NCBI GenBank assembly: GCA_963758915.1 | Contig: CAVWXH010000013.1 | Location: 1-18,298, forward strand | Length of the DNA stretch: 18,298 nucleotides | From: an uncultured Methanomicrobiales archaeon | GTDB lineage: Archaea; Halobacteriota; Methanomicrobia; Methanomicrobiales; Methanospirillaceae | Direction of reading: 5' to 3' | Part shown: positions 1-8,801 of the stretch, in pieces | Position numbering within the stretch: the stretch's first letter is position 1 | Layout: every line of letters begins with the position of its first letter | Program-made: the position numbers and the translations under genes | Notes under the pieces: generated by a model | Told to the model about the DNA's origin: nothing | Databases searched by the model: none | What the model saw: only the letters and a program-made list of their open reading frames with translations

Positions 1-78
1 TTGAGTGTTTCGGTTTTCGTGTGATACTATCATGTGGAGCGAGCGGAACCTGTCGTTGGAACACCACACTCTCGCATA

Positions 79-84
79 TTATAA
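79..84 (+). promoter_or_regulatory. Candidate archaeal TATA box for the antiporter gene
   Basis: TTATAA about 54 nt upstream of the ATG at 138; position and sequence only. Confidence 0.35.
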
Positions 85-137
85 GATATAGGGGAATCCA
101 AAAGGATTTTCTATCCTGCTTTCCATTTCATTGTTGA

Positions 138-1349
138 ATGGAAAATATCCTGGTGCAACCGGTATTCCAGATGAGCCTGTTACTGTTTGTGGCCCTTGCC
201 GGTTATCTCGTTGCTTCGCGTATCAACCAGTCTGCCGTTATCGGGCTCATTCTCGTCGGCATCGTTGTCGGTCCGAGTGTGCTCGGGCTGATTACCTATA
301 CGGATTTCGTAGCCGGTCTTGCGAATCTCGGGGCCGTGATCCTGCTCTTTGTTATCGGGCTGGAATTCAAGATCCAGGATATAGTCGGCATACGCAACGG
401 GGTGATTGCAGCCGTCGGGGTGATTGTTCCATGGATTGGCGGGTATGGGCTGTCCATCGCATTTGGGTTTGATACTTCGAGTGCGATTTTCATCGGGACG
501 GCGCTCACCGCGACAAGTATCGCAATTACCGCAAACGTCCTCCGGGAGATGGGAAAACTCCAGACAGATGCAGCAAAAGCGATTATCGGAGCGGCAGTGA
601 TTGATGACGTGCTGTCTCTTCTCGCTCTCTCGGTGAGTTCGGAAGTCGTCGAAGGAGTATTTTCTCCGCAGGGAATTATCCTGGTAGTAATAAAATCAAT
701 CGCCTTTATCGTCCTTGCCGGGGCATTTGGTATCTTTGTCGTCAGCCGGTATATGGAGCGCTTCGACAGGTCCAGTTTTGCAAAGAAATACCCCGAATTT
801 TTATTTATTTTTGCCATGATGATGGCATTTTTCTACGCCATGATGGCAGAACTGACCGGCCTCTCGGCAATTGTCGGGGCATTTATTGCAGGTGTCTCGT
901 TCGAGGGAGTACGGCTCAGACACTGCCGCGATATCAAGGAGGGTGCGGAGTATCTCCAGATTATATTTGCATCGATATTTTTTGTCTCGCTCGGGGTGCT
1001 CGCCGATTTCAGGCAACTGACGCCGGGAATCGTCATCTTCCTCGTTGCGCTTATCGTTGTAGCAATTATCACAAAAGTGGTCGGGTGTGGAATACCGGCC
1101 AGACTGATGGGCATGTCAACAAAAGATTCCCTTATTGTCGGGTTCGGTATGGCGCCACGAGGAGAGGTCGCCATGATCGTAGCACTGATCGGGCTCCAGC
1201 AGGGGATTATCGACCAGAATATCTACGTGGCACTTGTCCTGATGAGCCTGGTCACAACAATCGTCACACCAATCATTTACCGGAACTGGTTCTACAAGGG
1301 GGAACCCGGCACCACCGAAACAAATGATGCCTACCCCTGCAACGAGTAA
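138..1349 (+). CDS. Cation:proton antiporter, CPA2 family (Kef/NapA-like)
   Basis: 403 aa, about 12-13 hydrophobic segments; motifs GIVVGPS, LLFVIGLE, ATSIAIT, AAVIDD, GAFIAG, FFVSLG, PRGEVA typical of CPA2 antiporters; no C-terminal KTN domain. Confidence 0.93.
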   Translation: MENILVQPVFQMSLLLFVALAGYLVASRINQSAVIGLILVGIVVGPSVLGLITYTDFVAGLANLGAVILLFVIGLEFKIQDIVGIRNGVIAAVGVIVPWIGGYGLSIAFGFDTSSAIFIGTALTATSIAITANVLREMGKLQTDAAKAIIGAAVIDDVLSLLALSVSSEVVEGVFSPQGIILVVIKSIAFIVLAGAFGIFVVSRYMERFDRSSFAKKYPEFLFIFAMMMAFFYAMMAELTGLSAIVGAFIAGVSFEGVRLRHCRDIKEGAEYLQIIFASIFFVSLGVLADFRQLTPGIVIFLVALIVVAIITKVVGCGIPARLMGMSTKDSLIVGFGMAPRGEVAMIVALIGLQQGIIDQNIYVALVLMSLVTTIVTPIIYRNWFYKGEPGTTETNDAYPCNE

Positions 1350-1357
1350 CCTGCATC

Positions 1358-1464
1358 CGTTCATGTGTGTTTCTACAGAGCGCGCTATGTGCCTTTTGGC
1401 TCAAAGATTAGCATGAAAAAGGTGGCCCTTCAGATTGTTTTGCCGGAGTTTTTCATACCAGCCC
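1358..1464. repeat. Dispersed ~105 bp hairpin-containing repeat, copy 1 (REP/MITE-like)
   Basis: Aligns by eye at roughly 84% identity to 4197..4300 (cgttcatgtgtgtttc.acagagcg...atgaaaaaggt...ggagtttttcataccagccc); lies between two convergent stop codons. Confidence 0.85.
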
Positions 1465-1573
1465 ATTTTATTGAAAATAGGGGTTTGAGATCAATTCCCC
1501 GATGGTCGACTAACCGATTGATCCTGGTACAACTGCGTAACCGTATTGCCGGCCACCCCTGCATCGCTGGTTA

Positions 1574-2911
1574 TCAGTTGATCCGAAGCCGCTGCCCGTT
1601 CCTCATCGGGTGGACATCTTTGTTGAGCGTATACCCAAGATCGCTGGCAAACGTGGCATACGCTGCTGACATCATCAGGTCTCCATGAGCAGGGATGATG
1701 TGCTGCGGTTTGAGCATCTGGAGAAATTCGTAATGGTCTTCCCGGTAGGCGTGCCCGCTCACATGCAGGTCCTCGAATACCCGTGCACCCACTTTCTTGA
1801 TGTGCTGTTCAATCCGGTACCGCTGCCCGATATTCATCGGGTTCGGGATGATGTTTGCCGAGAAGAGCACCTTGTCACCGTTACCCAGCAGGTACGGTGT
1901 TTCACCGAGCGCAATCCGGGTAAGGATAGACCCGGGTTCCCCCTGGTGGCCGGTTATGATAGGCAGGAACTTCTCCTTCCCCTCCTTCATCATCCTCTGC
2001 ATCATGCGGTCGGCGGTCCTCCGGGTCCCAAAGACGCTTGCCGTATCAGGAAACGAGACATATTTCATCTGTTCTGCGGTAACGGAATATTTTTCCATCG
2101 AGCGGCCGAGGAAGACCGGCTTCCTGCCGATCTCGTGGGCGCATTCCGCAATGGTCTTCACCCGGGAGATATGGGACGAGAAGGTCGACACCACGATGCC
2201 ATTCTTGTCATCTTCGAAACTGGTGATGACGTCCCGCACAAGATTGCGGGCGATCCGTTCGCTTGGGCTCCGTCCTGAACGATGGATATAGGTACTTTCC
2301 ACGATAAGGGCCATCACCCCTTCATTGCCGATCTGCCGGAACCGGGCAAAGTCCGGCGGTTTACCGATGACCGGCGTCCGGTCGAACTTGAAGTCACAGG
2401 CGTAGACGATCGCACCGTGAGGTGTGTGAAGCACCGGCGTGACGGTATCAATGATCGAGTGCTGTGTATGCACGAATTCAAGAACAAGGTTCTGCGAGAT
2501 CGTGTACTTCTGCCCTGCACTGAGTGCATAGAGCTTGTTGTTCACGAGAAATTTCTTCTCTCCTGAAATCTGCTGGCGGATCAGTTCGGTTGCATAAGGG
2601 GTCGCGATGATGGGACAATTGTACCGGTGCGATAGTTTCGGGATGGCCCCGATATGGTCCAGGTGCCCGTGCGAGCAGACGATGGCCTTCACCGTGCCTT
2701 CGACGGTCTGCATCACGGTGTCGTCGGGAATCGCCTTGATCTTGATCAGGTCAAGGGAATGCATCTCTTCGACCTCCGCGTCCTCGTGGATCATCAGCTG
2801 GTCCAGGCGGAGCCCCATGTCAAAAATGACAATTTCTTTCCCGCAGCGGACGGCGGTCATGTTCCTCCCGACCTCATCGTATCCGCCTACGGCGATAATT
2901 TCTATTTCCAT
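1574..2911 (-). CDS. rnj: Archaeal ribonuclease J (beta-CASP metallo-beta-lactamase)
   Basis: 445 aa; GGYDEVGRNM N-terminus, SHGHLDHIG metal motif, HSI, DFK, ESTY, TGHQGEP, HVSGHA, IPAHGD; AGGAG RBS at 2923-2927 on the minus strand. Confidence 0.95.
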   Translation of the reverse strand: MEIEIIAVGGYDEVGRNMTAVRCGKEIVIFDMGLRLDQLMIHEDAEVEEMHSLDLIKIKAIPDDTVMQTVEGTVKAIVCSHGHLDHIGAIPKLSHRYNCPIIATPYATELIRQQISGEKKFLVNNKLYALSAGQKYTISQNLVLEFVHTQHSIIDTVTPVLHTPHGAIVYACDFKFDRTPVIGKPPDFARFRQIGNEGVMALIVESTYIHRSGRSPSERIARNLVRDVITSFEDDKNGIVVSTFSSHISRVKTIAECAHEIGRKPVFLGRSMEKYSVTAEQMKYVSFPDTASVFGTRRTADRMMQRMMKEGKEKFLPIITGHQGEPGSILTRIALGETPYLLGNGDKVLFSANIIPNPMNIGQRYRIEQHIKKVGARVFEDLHVSGHAYREDHYEFLQMLKPQHIIPAHGDLMMSAAYATFASDLGYTLNKDVHPMRNGQRLRIN

Positions 2912-3234
2912 TGGTGTTGTATCTCCTGAATTTTTATCTCTGACTGGTTTCTTTCGTTGGGATTATTTCCCGGTCTGTTATGGTATCACGTGATCCCCGC
3001 GATGGTTCGTCCGGACCGGCGTTGCCGGACATCGGCCCCGTTACGGTCCCGGATACAGTTTCCCTGTGGACCCATGAGCTGGTGCCGGTCTTCAGGCACG
3101 ACCCTGCTGGGAATAATCATTGCCCCTCTATTTCCGGAATACGCGGCATAAGAATGATATCTTACTCCGGCATCCGCATGCCCGGGGCTGCTCCCACGTT
3201 TTCCCGTTCATTCCACCAGTAACATCGGTATATA
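2912..3234 (-). promoter_or_regulatory. Putative long structured 5' leader of rnj with upstream TATA box
   Basis: TATATA at 3229-3234; no credible ORF; several GC-rich hairpins and a long-range inverted repeat between 2961-2973 and 3107-3118. Confidence 0.4.
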
Positions 3235-3777
3235 GTGAGTTGCCTGCAGGGTAACCTGAAGATCAGGTCCGTTCAGGTTCCTGAATCTCCCTTACCCTCC
3301 ATCCGGTGCTCCCGGTAATCTGGTGGCGAGCCATCTTCGGCGTACCGGCGAAATTCCCTCTGGGAACCGCACGGGACAATTTACACGTTACAGTGCAGGC
3401 CCTCTTCCTGAAGGGCCATCACCATGAAACCATGGATCATCGAGCCCCTTTCTCGGCATCATTGTGTTCCAACAGAGCCTGCCCTTAATTATTGGTAATT
3501 TTACCATCCCGGTCTGATTCCCGCACTATAGTTCCCGCGCAGGTGTTCCTGATTATTTGAAGATCCCGGAACCGTGTCTTTGTTAAATGGTGGTGTAAAT
3601 ACATTAACCTTTGTTCTCTCCCAGTCATTGAGTCTGCGGACACACTCGTTTCCCCCTGCTCGTATAAGGGGCCTCCATGGGCTGCAAATCTTCAGGAGTC
3701 CCACTGAAAAATTCCCGCTGGTAAAAATAGAAAAAATCCGGTTTCGAGGAAATTCTCTCAATCTGGTTTTTACATTA

Positions 3778-3965
3778 GGTTATTCCAAAATTTAGTCACG
3801 CTCCCGGGGCTCAGTCCCGCCGCTTTAGCGGCCCCGGTTGGGATAAGGAATGATTTATAAATCTCTGAAATTTCCTTGAATGTCTCAACTGAACTCTGCC
3901 AATGAATATCTTATCATGGGTGGGACAGTGAGGGGGGTGAAACCCCCTACTGTCTGAGTATCCAT
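3778..3965. repeat. Hairpin-rich non-coding element (possible MITE/REP remnant)
   Basis: CCGGGGC...GCCCCGG (3804-3837) with internal GCCGCT-TT-AGCGGC; GACAGT-GAGGGGGGT-GAA-ACCCCCT-ACTGTC stem-loop at 3924-3954; the mobile origin is inferred. Confidence 0.4.
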
Positions 3966-4196
3966 CCTTTTTTAAAAATGTTCAGGGTTTCCCATGAAAA
4001 CAGGCATGATGCCAAAAGGTCACAAGCAGACAAAATGAAACTGCCAGTGGGGATTTTCATATTAACCGCCTATAACCGCCCTGCGGTCGGGCATAAAGAA
4101 TGAAATAATCGGTGGGATTTTCATTGGAAATGGTTAAACAAACCACAAATGAGGAGATTATGAAAGGGCATTTTCATAGTTCGGGTGTGAACTCAT

Positions 4197-4300
4197 CGTT
4201 CATGTGTGTTTCAACAGAGCGTGCTATGAGCCGTTGGCTCATAGATGAGAATGAAAAAGGTCGTCTTTCAGGTGGTTCGTGGAGTTTTTCATACCAGCCC
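4197..4300. repeat. Dispersed ~105 bp hairpin-containing repeat, copy 2
   Basis: Direct repeat of 1358..1464; perfect 9 bp stem CTATGAGCC-GTT-GGCTCATAG and an ATGAAAAA...TTTTTCAT inverted pair. Confidence 0.85.
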
Positions 4301-4560
4301 GATAATACAAGTGTTCGAAGGATCGGGTTTCATCTGACGTGATGCTTTTGAAATCGGAAAAGTTCACATTTGTCATTCTGATTACCCATTGCATTAAGTT
4401 AGGGGCAAGAGTTAGACAACCACCTGGTTTTTTTTATCCGGATCCCCTGGGTTATCGCATACCTTTGAATGAATTCAGCGTGGGACTACCGCAACCTTTT
4501 TGGTAGAAACTCCCAAGATACATCGTAAGAATACCCATAGATTACAAATCAGGGATCCCT

Positions 4561-5364
4561 ATGAAGACGGTTATCTATTATTTTTCCGGCACCGGGAACT
4601 CAATTGCAGTTTCAAAGCAGATCGCTGCAGCAGTGGGAGACTGCGAGGTGGTGCCAATTGCATCACTCAGGGACACGACGGGAGAAATCACACCTGTTGC
4701 GGAACGCGTAGGGATCGTCTGCCCGGTTTACTTCTCCGGGCTGCCCCTTATGGTTGCAGAATTCGCCAGCCGGGTTAATTACTCCCATTGCCGATATAGT
4801 TTTGCAGTTGTCACACTTGGAGGAAGCGGTGGCAGCCCGGCCCTGAAACAGCTTGACCACCTCATCGTGAATAGTCACGGTCGCGGGCTGGACGCCGGTT
4901 TTTCAATCAGAATGCCAGGCAATTATATTTTAATGTACAGTCCACCTGTCGGGAAAAAACAAGCCGATATCCTTGCATCTGCCGACCAGCAGGTCAAAAA
5001 GATCATTCCTGTTATCGAACGCTGCGAGCACCAGGACATCCGCATGGCCATCTTTGGCAAGCTTCTGCATTCCGTCGCATATCCCTGGTTTGCCTCCCAC
5101 GCCCGTAATAAAGGCCAAACATTCAGCGTTACAAGCGCCTGCACCTCCTGCGGTACCTGTGTCAGAGTCTGCCCTGCAGATAATATCGATCTCAAACAGG
5201 GCAAGCCGGTCTGGAAAGACCGGTGCGAGGTCTGCTGCGGGTGTATCCACCTCTGCCCTGCAGGAGCGATACAGGCAGGGCCCCGGACTGCAAAAAGACA
5301 ACAGTACCGAAACCCATCGGTCAGTATCACCGAACTGGAAATGCAACACGGGAAAAAGCAATAA
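4561..5364 (+). CDS. EFR1-family protein: flavodoxin-like domain plus 2x[4Fe-4S] ferredoxin domain
   Basis: 267 aa; YYFSGTGNS, PVY and MPGNY flavodoxin-like motifs; CTSCGTCVRVCP and CEVCCGCIHLCP cluster motifs; YRNP near the C-terminus. Confidence 0.9.
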   Translation: MKTVIYYFSGTGNSIAVSKQIAAAVGDCEVVPIASLRDTTGEITPVAERVGIVCPVYFSGLPLMVAEFASRVNYSHCRYSFAVVTLGGSGGSPALKQLDHLIVNSHGRGLDAGFSIRMPGNYILMYSPPVGKKQADILASADQQVKKIIPVIERCEHQDIRMAIFGKLLHSVAYPWFASHARNKGQTFSVTSACTSCGTCVRVCPADNIDLKQGKPVWKDRCEVCCGCIHLCPAGAIQAGPRTAKRQQYRNPSVSITELEMQHGKKQ

Positions 5365-5566
5365 CCCTGTCATATCTGATTTCCAAACAATAAACATCCT
5401 GGGTTGCCTGGGTCCTCATCATTGCAACTACAACCGGCAAGGCTGGGGCCTGGATCCAGAAAACCGGAAATGTCGGAAAAGCCTGCAGTTCTGAAGCAAC
5501 TGGCATCATTTACCCCGCTCCCGGATGAATTGCGGCCAGGTATCACGGGAAACCATAAGGTCTGTT

Positions 5567-6091
5567 TTATCTTTTTACCTTATCTGTCCTGCAGGAATTT
5601 ATCAGCTGCTCCAGAGCATCAGGTTTCACCACACCGTTGATTGACAGGAGGATATGGCTGCCTGACGGGGCAGTGGGATCAGTGGTAAGCAGGTCTACCG
5701 TTACAAAACCGAAAATGCGCTGGAACGGCCCTCTCCGGGTACTGATCCTGTGTACCTGGTCACAGGAAACGCGGGTTGTTTTTTTAAACAGGACTCCCTG
5801 GTACAGCGTGATCCTCCCGGAGCTGAAAAGGTACCTGACAGACCCGCAGAATTTCCGGACCCAGACCAGTGATATCAGGACAACGACCAATGCTGCGACT
5901 GAAACCGGGAGACTGACCGACGGGGGGTATGTGATGCTTATTACCATGAGGACCGGCATAACGACAGCCCAGACTATGAAAAAGAGATAGGTCAGATAGA
6001 GGAGTTTCAACCTTGGTGAAGGCAGAAACATTACGCCTTCACCCGGGCTCACCTGGTAATCGCGGGATTTCTGTTCGTCTGCAGTGTTCAT
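5567..6091 (-). CDS. Bacterial-type PH domain (bPH_2/YdbS-like) membrane protein
   Basis: Start moved to the ATG at 6091 (MNTADEQ) to avoid overlap with the upstream gene; two TM helices followed by RY...ITLYQGVLFKKTTRV...RGPFQRIFGFVTV, the bPH_2 pattern. Confidence 0.75.
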   Translation of the reverse strand: MNTADEQKSRDYQVSPGEGVMFLPSPRLKLLYLTYLFFIVWAVVMPVLMVISITYPPSVSLPVSVAALVVVLISLVWVRKFCGSVRYLFSSGRITLYQGVLFKKTTRVSCDQVHRISTRRGPFQRIFGFVTVDLLTTDPTAPSGSHILLSINGVVKPDALEQLINSCRTDKVKR

Positions 6092-6107
6092 GCGTGGGAC
6101 AAGACTC

Positions 6108-6947
6108 CTACTTTTTCCGCCTGATATCGAGGACCCAGTGGTCGTATATCGGGTCACGTTTATTCTCAAAGACCCGGACCGACCTGTCCCGGGACTTCAC
6201 CCATTCCTCTACAATTCTTGCTTCTTTTTCTGTGCTCACGGTGATCAGGGTAGTACTGGTGAGTGAGATCAACTCGACGGTAATCTGTTCCCAGAGTGCC
6301 TCGGTGAAATTGTTGATATCGCCGAACATCAGCCCGAGACCGTGCGGCGCAGTACCGGTATACTGGCTGGCAATAGTTGCATCGATCAGCATAGTCTCTT
6401 CAGGAATGAGGCGTTTTTTCGAAAAACCTAGTGAAAGGAGCGAGGCATCGTTATCATAAGACCGTGGCGAGAACCCCAGTTTTCGTAGTGCAACGGCACC
6501 GATACCAGACCCGCAGCAGCAGTCAAGGCATACTCCCGGCACCTCATCGCCCCAGATATAGGCGAGCAACTCGTTCACCATCGCCTGGCGGTCCGGGTTC
6601 TGGTCCTCCAGCGCGGGCCCGACAGTATTGATCACCTCAATGCTGTAGTATTCCCTGACCGCTTCGGCCCAGACTTCGCGTTTTTCCTGCCAGATCTCAC
6701 CTGCGGTCTCTTCAAACCGTTCGATAAGTGCAGCGTTCGGTTTTCGTGCAAGGAAGGAACCCACGTTCCAGCGGAACCCGTCCCCGATAGCAAATGCAAT
6801 GGGGTCCTCCTTTTCATCTATCAGGAGCCGCCCCTGGTCACCCAGTGCAGCGATCAGGATATCAGTCCACAGGTCGTCGGAAAGGTCAGCAAAGGTTGGC
6901 TCCACGAACCGGAAGCCCTCGATTCCAAGAATTAATTCAGCTTTCAA
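6108..6947 (-). CDS. Hypothetical protein with a class I SAM-dependent methyltransferase-like fold
   Basis: 279 aa; CLDCCCGSGIG resembles SAM-binding motif I, followed by SYDND and DAT; 18 nt downstream of apgM, so probably co-transcribed. Confidence 0.7.
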   Translation of the reverse strand: MKAELILGIEGFRFVEPTFADLSDDLWTDILIAALGDQGRLLIDEKEDPIAFAIGDGFRWNVGSFLARKPNAALIERFEETAGEIWQEKREVWAEAVREYYSIEVINTVGPALEDQNPDRQAMVNELLAYIWGDEVPGVCLDCCCGSGIGAVALRKLGFSPRSYDNDASLLSLGFSKKRLIPEETMLIDATIASQYTGTAPHGLGLMFGDINNFTEALWEQITVELISLTSTTLITVSTEKEARIVEEWVKSRDRSVRVFENKRDPIYDHWVLDIRRKK

Positions 6948-6965
6948 TGAACAGCACCGTCCAGG

Positions 6966-8201
6966 TTATGCTCCATATTTGTGCGCCTTGTTGATCAGGT
7001 CTTCGATAATCGGCATCAGGTCACACCCGTGGATCCGGTGCAGTCCCCCTTCGGCAACGGCATACTCGTCGAAATGGCTCACCCGGTCCACCCTGACACC
7101 GTCACCCCGTATCACTACCGGGACCGGGTCAGCACTGTGGTCTTTTATTGTGCAGGGGGTGCTGTGGTCTGCACATACGACCAGCAGGCAGTCCGAAACT
7201 TCAGTCAGGGGTGCAATTGCCGCATCGATCCGTTCGATAAAGGCAGATTTTTCTCCTGCATGACCATCGTGTCCCGCTTCGTCCGCCCCCTTGATATTGA
7301 CGAGCACAAAGTCCTGTTCCTGTAACTCCTGGATGGTGGCAGCCACTTTGGCATCAAGGTCTGAATTAATCGATCCGGTCGTACCCGGTACAGGGACATG
7401 CCGGAGGCCTACTACCTTGCCGATACCGCTTATCAGTGATGCTGCAGATATAACACTCCCGGAAAGGCCATACCGCTCTTTAAACGGTTCAAAATGCCCC
7501 ATTTCCCCACCGCCACGGATTAGGACGACATTTGCCTGCGGAAGGCCCTGTGCGAGCCGTTCCCTGTTGACCGTGTGGTCCGAGAGGACCCGCGTTGCCT
7601 GTGCGACAAATTCGTTCAGCACGAATGCCGTTTTTTCATCTCCAGGGCGGTCTCGGAGCGCTTCGAACTCCGGCGGGACGGCACCTTCTTTTTTCGGGTC
7701 ATTCGAGGAGACACACTCACCGAGTCCTTCCCCGGAAAGGGCGAGGGCTGCACGGTGGCCTGCTCCCGAACGGAAGACGAATTCGACACCGAACCGGGAG
7801 AGGTCTACCTTTTCCTGGACTGCCTTGCTCAGGGCATCCGTATCGTGGATCCTACCGGCTCTCCTGTCCGTTACCGTACCCTCCGCGTCAATGGTGGCAT
7901 AATTGCAGCGGAACCCGATCATCCCGGGTTTCATGTGGATCCCGGTCCCTTCCGCCTCGAGGGGCCCTCGACCGGTATAGTATTGTTCAGGGGGATACCC
8001 GAGCAGGGCAAGGTGTGCAGTGTCAGAACCCGGCCTGATACCCGGTCCGATGGTGTCCATAATACCGCATATACCCTCTTTGGCAATGCGGTCAAGGACC
8101 GGGGTGCGTGCGGTCTGCAGGGGGGTCTTTCCCCCGAGTTCAGGGCAGGGGCGGTCCGAGACCCCGTCCAGCACCAGGAGGATTACTTTATGTGCGGTCA
8201 T
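6966..8201 (-). CDS. apgM: 2,3-bisphosphoglycerate-independent phosphoglycerate mutase, archaeal type
   Basis: LDGVSDRP, GKTPLQ, PGSDTAHLALLGY, GRGPLEA, DEAGHDG, ADHSTP, HSADPVP, and the AHKYGA end; start placed at the ATG at 8201 (MTAHKVIL). Confidence 0.95.
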   Translation of the reverse strand: MTAHKVILLVLDGVSDRPCPELGGKTPLQTARTPVLDRIAKEGICGIMDTIGPGIRPGSDTAHLALLGYPPEQYYTGRGPLEAEGTGIHMKPGMIGFRCNYATIDAEGTVTDRRAGRIHDTDALSKAVQEKVDLSRFGVEFVFRSGAGHRAALALSGEGLGECVSSNDPKKEGAVPPEFEALRDRPGDEKTAFVLNEFVAQATRVLSDHTVNRERLAQGLPQANVVLIRGGGEMGHFEPFKERYGLSGSVISAASLISGIGKVVGLRHVPVPGTTGSINSDLDAKVAATIQELQEQDFVLVNIKGADEAGHDGHAGEKSAFIERIDAAIAPLTEVSDCLLVVCADHSTPCTIKDHSADPVPVVIRGDGVRVDRVSHFDEYAVAEGGLHRIHGCDLMPIIEDLINKAHKYGA

Positions 8202-8425
8202 TAACGGGAATGTTTGGGTGCAGGGATAATTATACCGCACGGTATCTACCGGTTGGGCTTGTTGTTTTCGGTTACCGATAATAGCAGACTGATTTAACCA
8301 GGATTTAATGGACCTGAATTGAAAAAAGAGTTATATATCCTTGAAGGGAGTAGTCAATATTTAGTCCGGGTATCTATTAACTGGGTTTTTTAATTTAAAA
8401 AGAAAGATTACCAGGAATCTCCTCC

Positions 8426-8801
8426 TCATAGAAGTGCCTTACCAGACTGATAGTGCATATCTTTTGCAAACTGTCCGATCAGACCTGTAGCCGATGTCGA
8501 TTCGGAGTAAGAAATATCGAGCTGACTTTAATGGTATAAATCCAGCCGGTTGATCAACGGCTTCTGGGTTATACGGGGTGATATACTTCATCCGACCTTC
8601 CTGGAGATGTGTACCTATAAACGCAATCATCGACCCTTCAGCATACGGGGTGAGACCACCAGAGGCTACACCTTTGCCGTTTATCGAATAATCCATCGCA
8701 ATGGGAATGTCAGATGTTGCTGACACAAATCGCCCGTCTGCCGACGTCGTTACCGATGCCGATAAGACCGGTTGGATTAAAATTCCGGAAAACGGTTGTG
8801 G
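8426..8801 (-). pseudogene. C-terminal part of a Methanospirillum-type sheath protein (MspA-like) homologue, with one +1 frameshift
   Basis: Removing G8519 gives SVTTSADGRFVSATSDIPIAMDYSINGKG...GSMIAFIGTHLQEGR...KSADISYSESTSATGLIGQFAKDMHYQSGKALL, stop at 8426-8428. This matches my recollection of the MspA-family C-terminus (TS..DRFV, HIQEAR, DL.YSETSSA.G.I..F.K...YQSG); no search was run. Confidence 0.65.

Noticed and set aside
1365-1688. 107 aa plus-strand ORF
   Set aside because: It spans the non-coding repeat, overlaps the rnj 3' end antisense and has no recognisable motif
2940-3490. RNase P RNA, SRP RNA or tRNA
   Set aside because: I could not find the RNase P P4 consensus, the SRP helix 8 motif or a cloverleaf on either strand
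3990-4340. Possible degenerate CRISPR array (GTTTCAA and ATGAAA motifs)
   Set aside because: No identical 25-40 bp repeats, irregular spacing and no cas genes
2957-4342. Short ORFs of 60-86 aa in the intergenic region
   Set aside because: No motifs, mostly alternative starts, and they overlap hairpin and repeat DNA; a small gene such as 3501..3761 cannot be fully excluded
1685-8229. Long ORFs antisense to or overlapping rnj, the ferredoxin and apgM
   Set aside because: Shadow frames of well-supported genes
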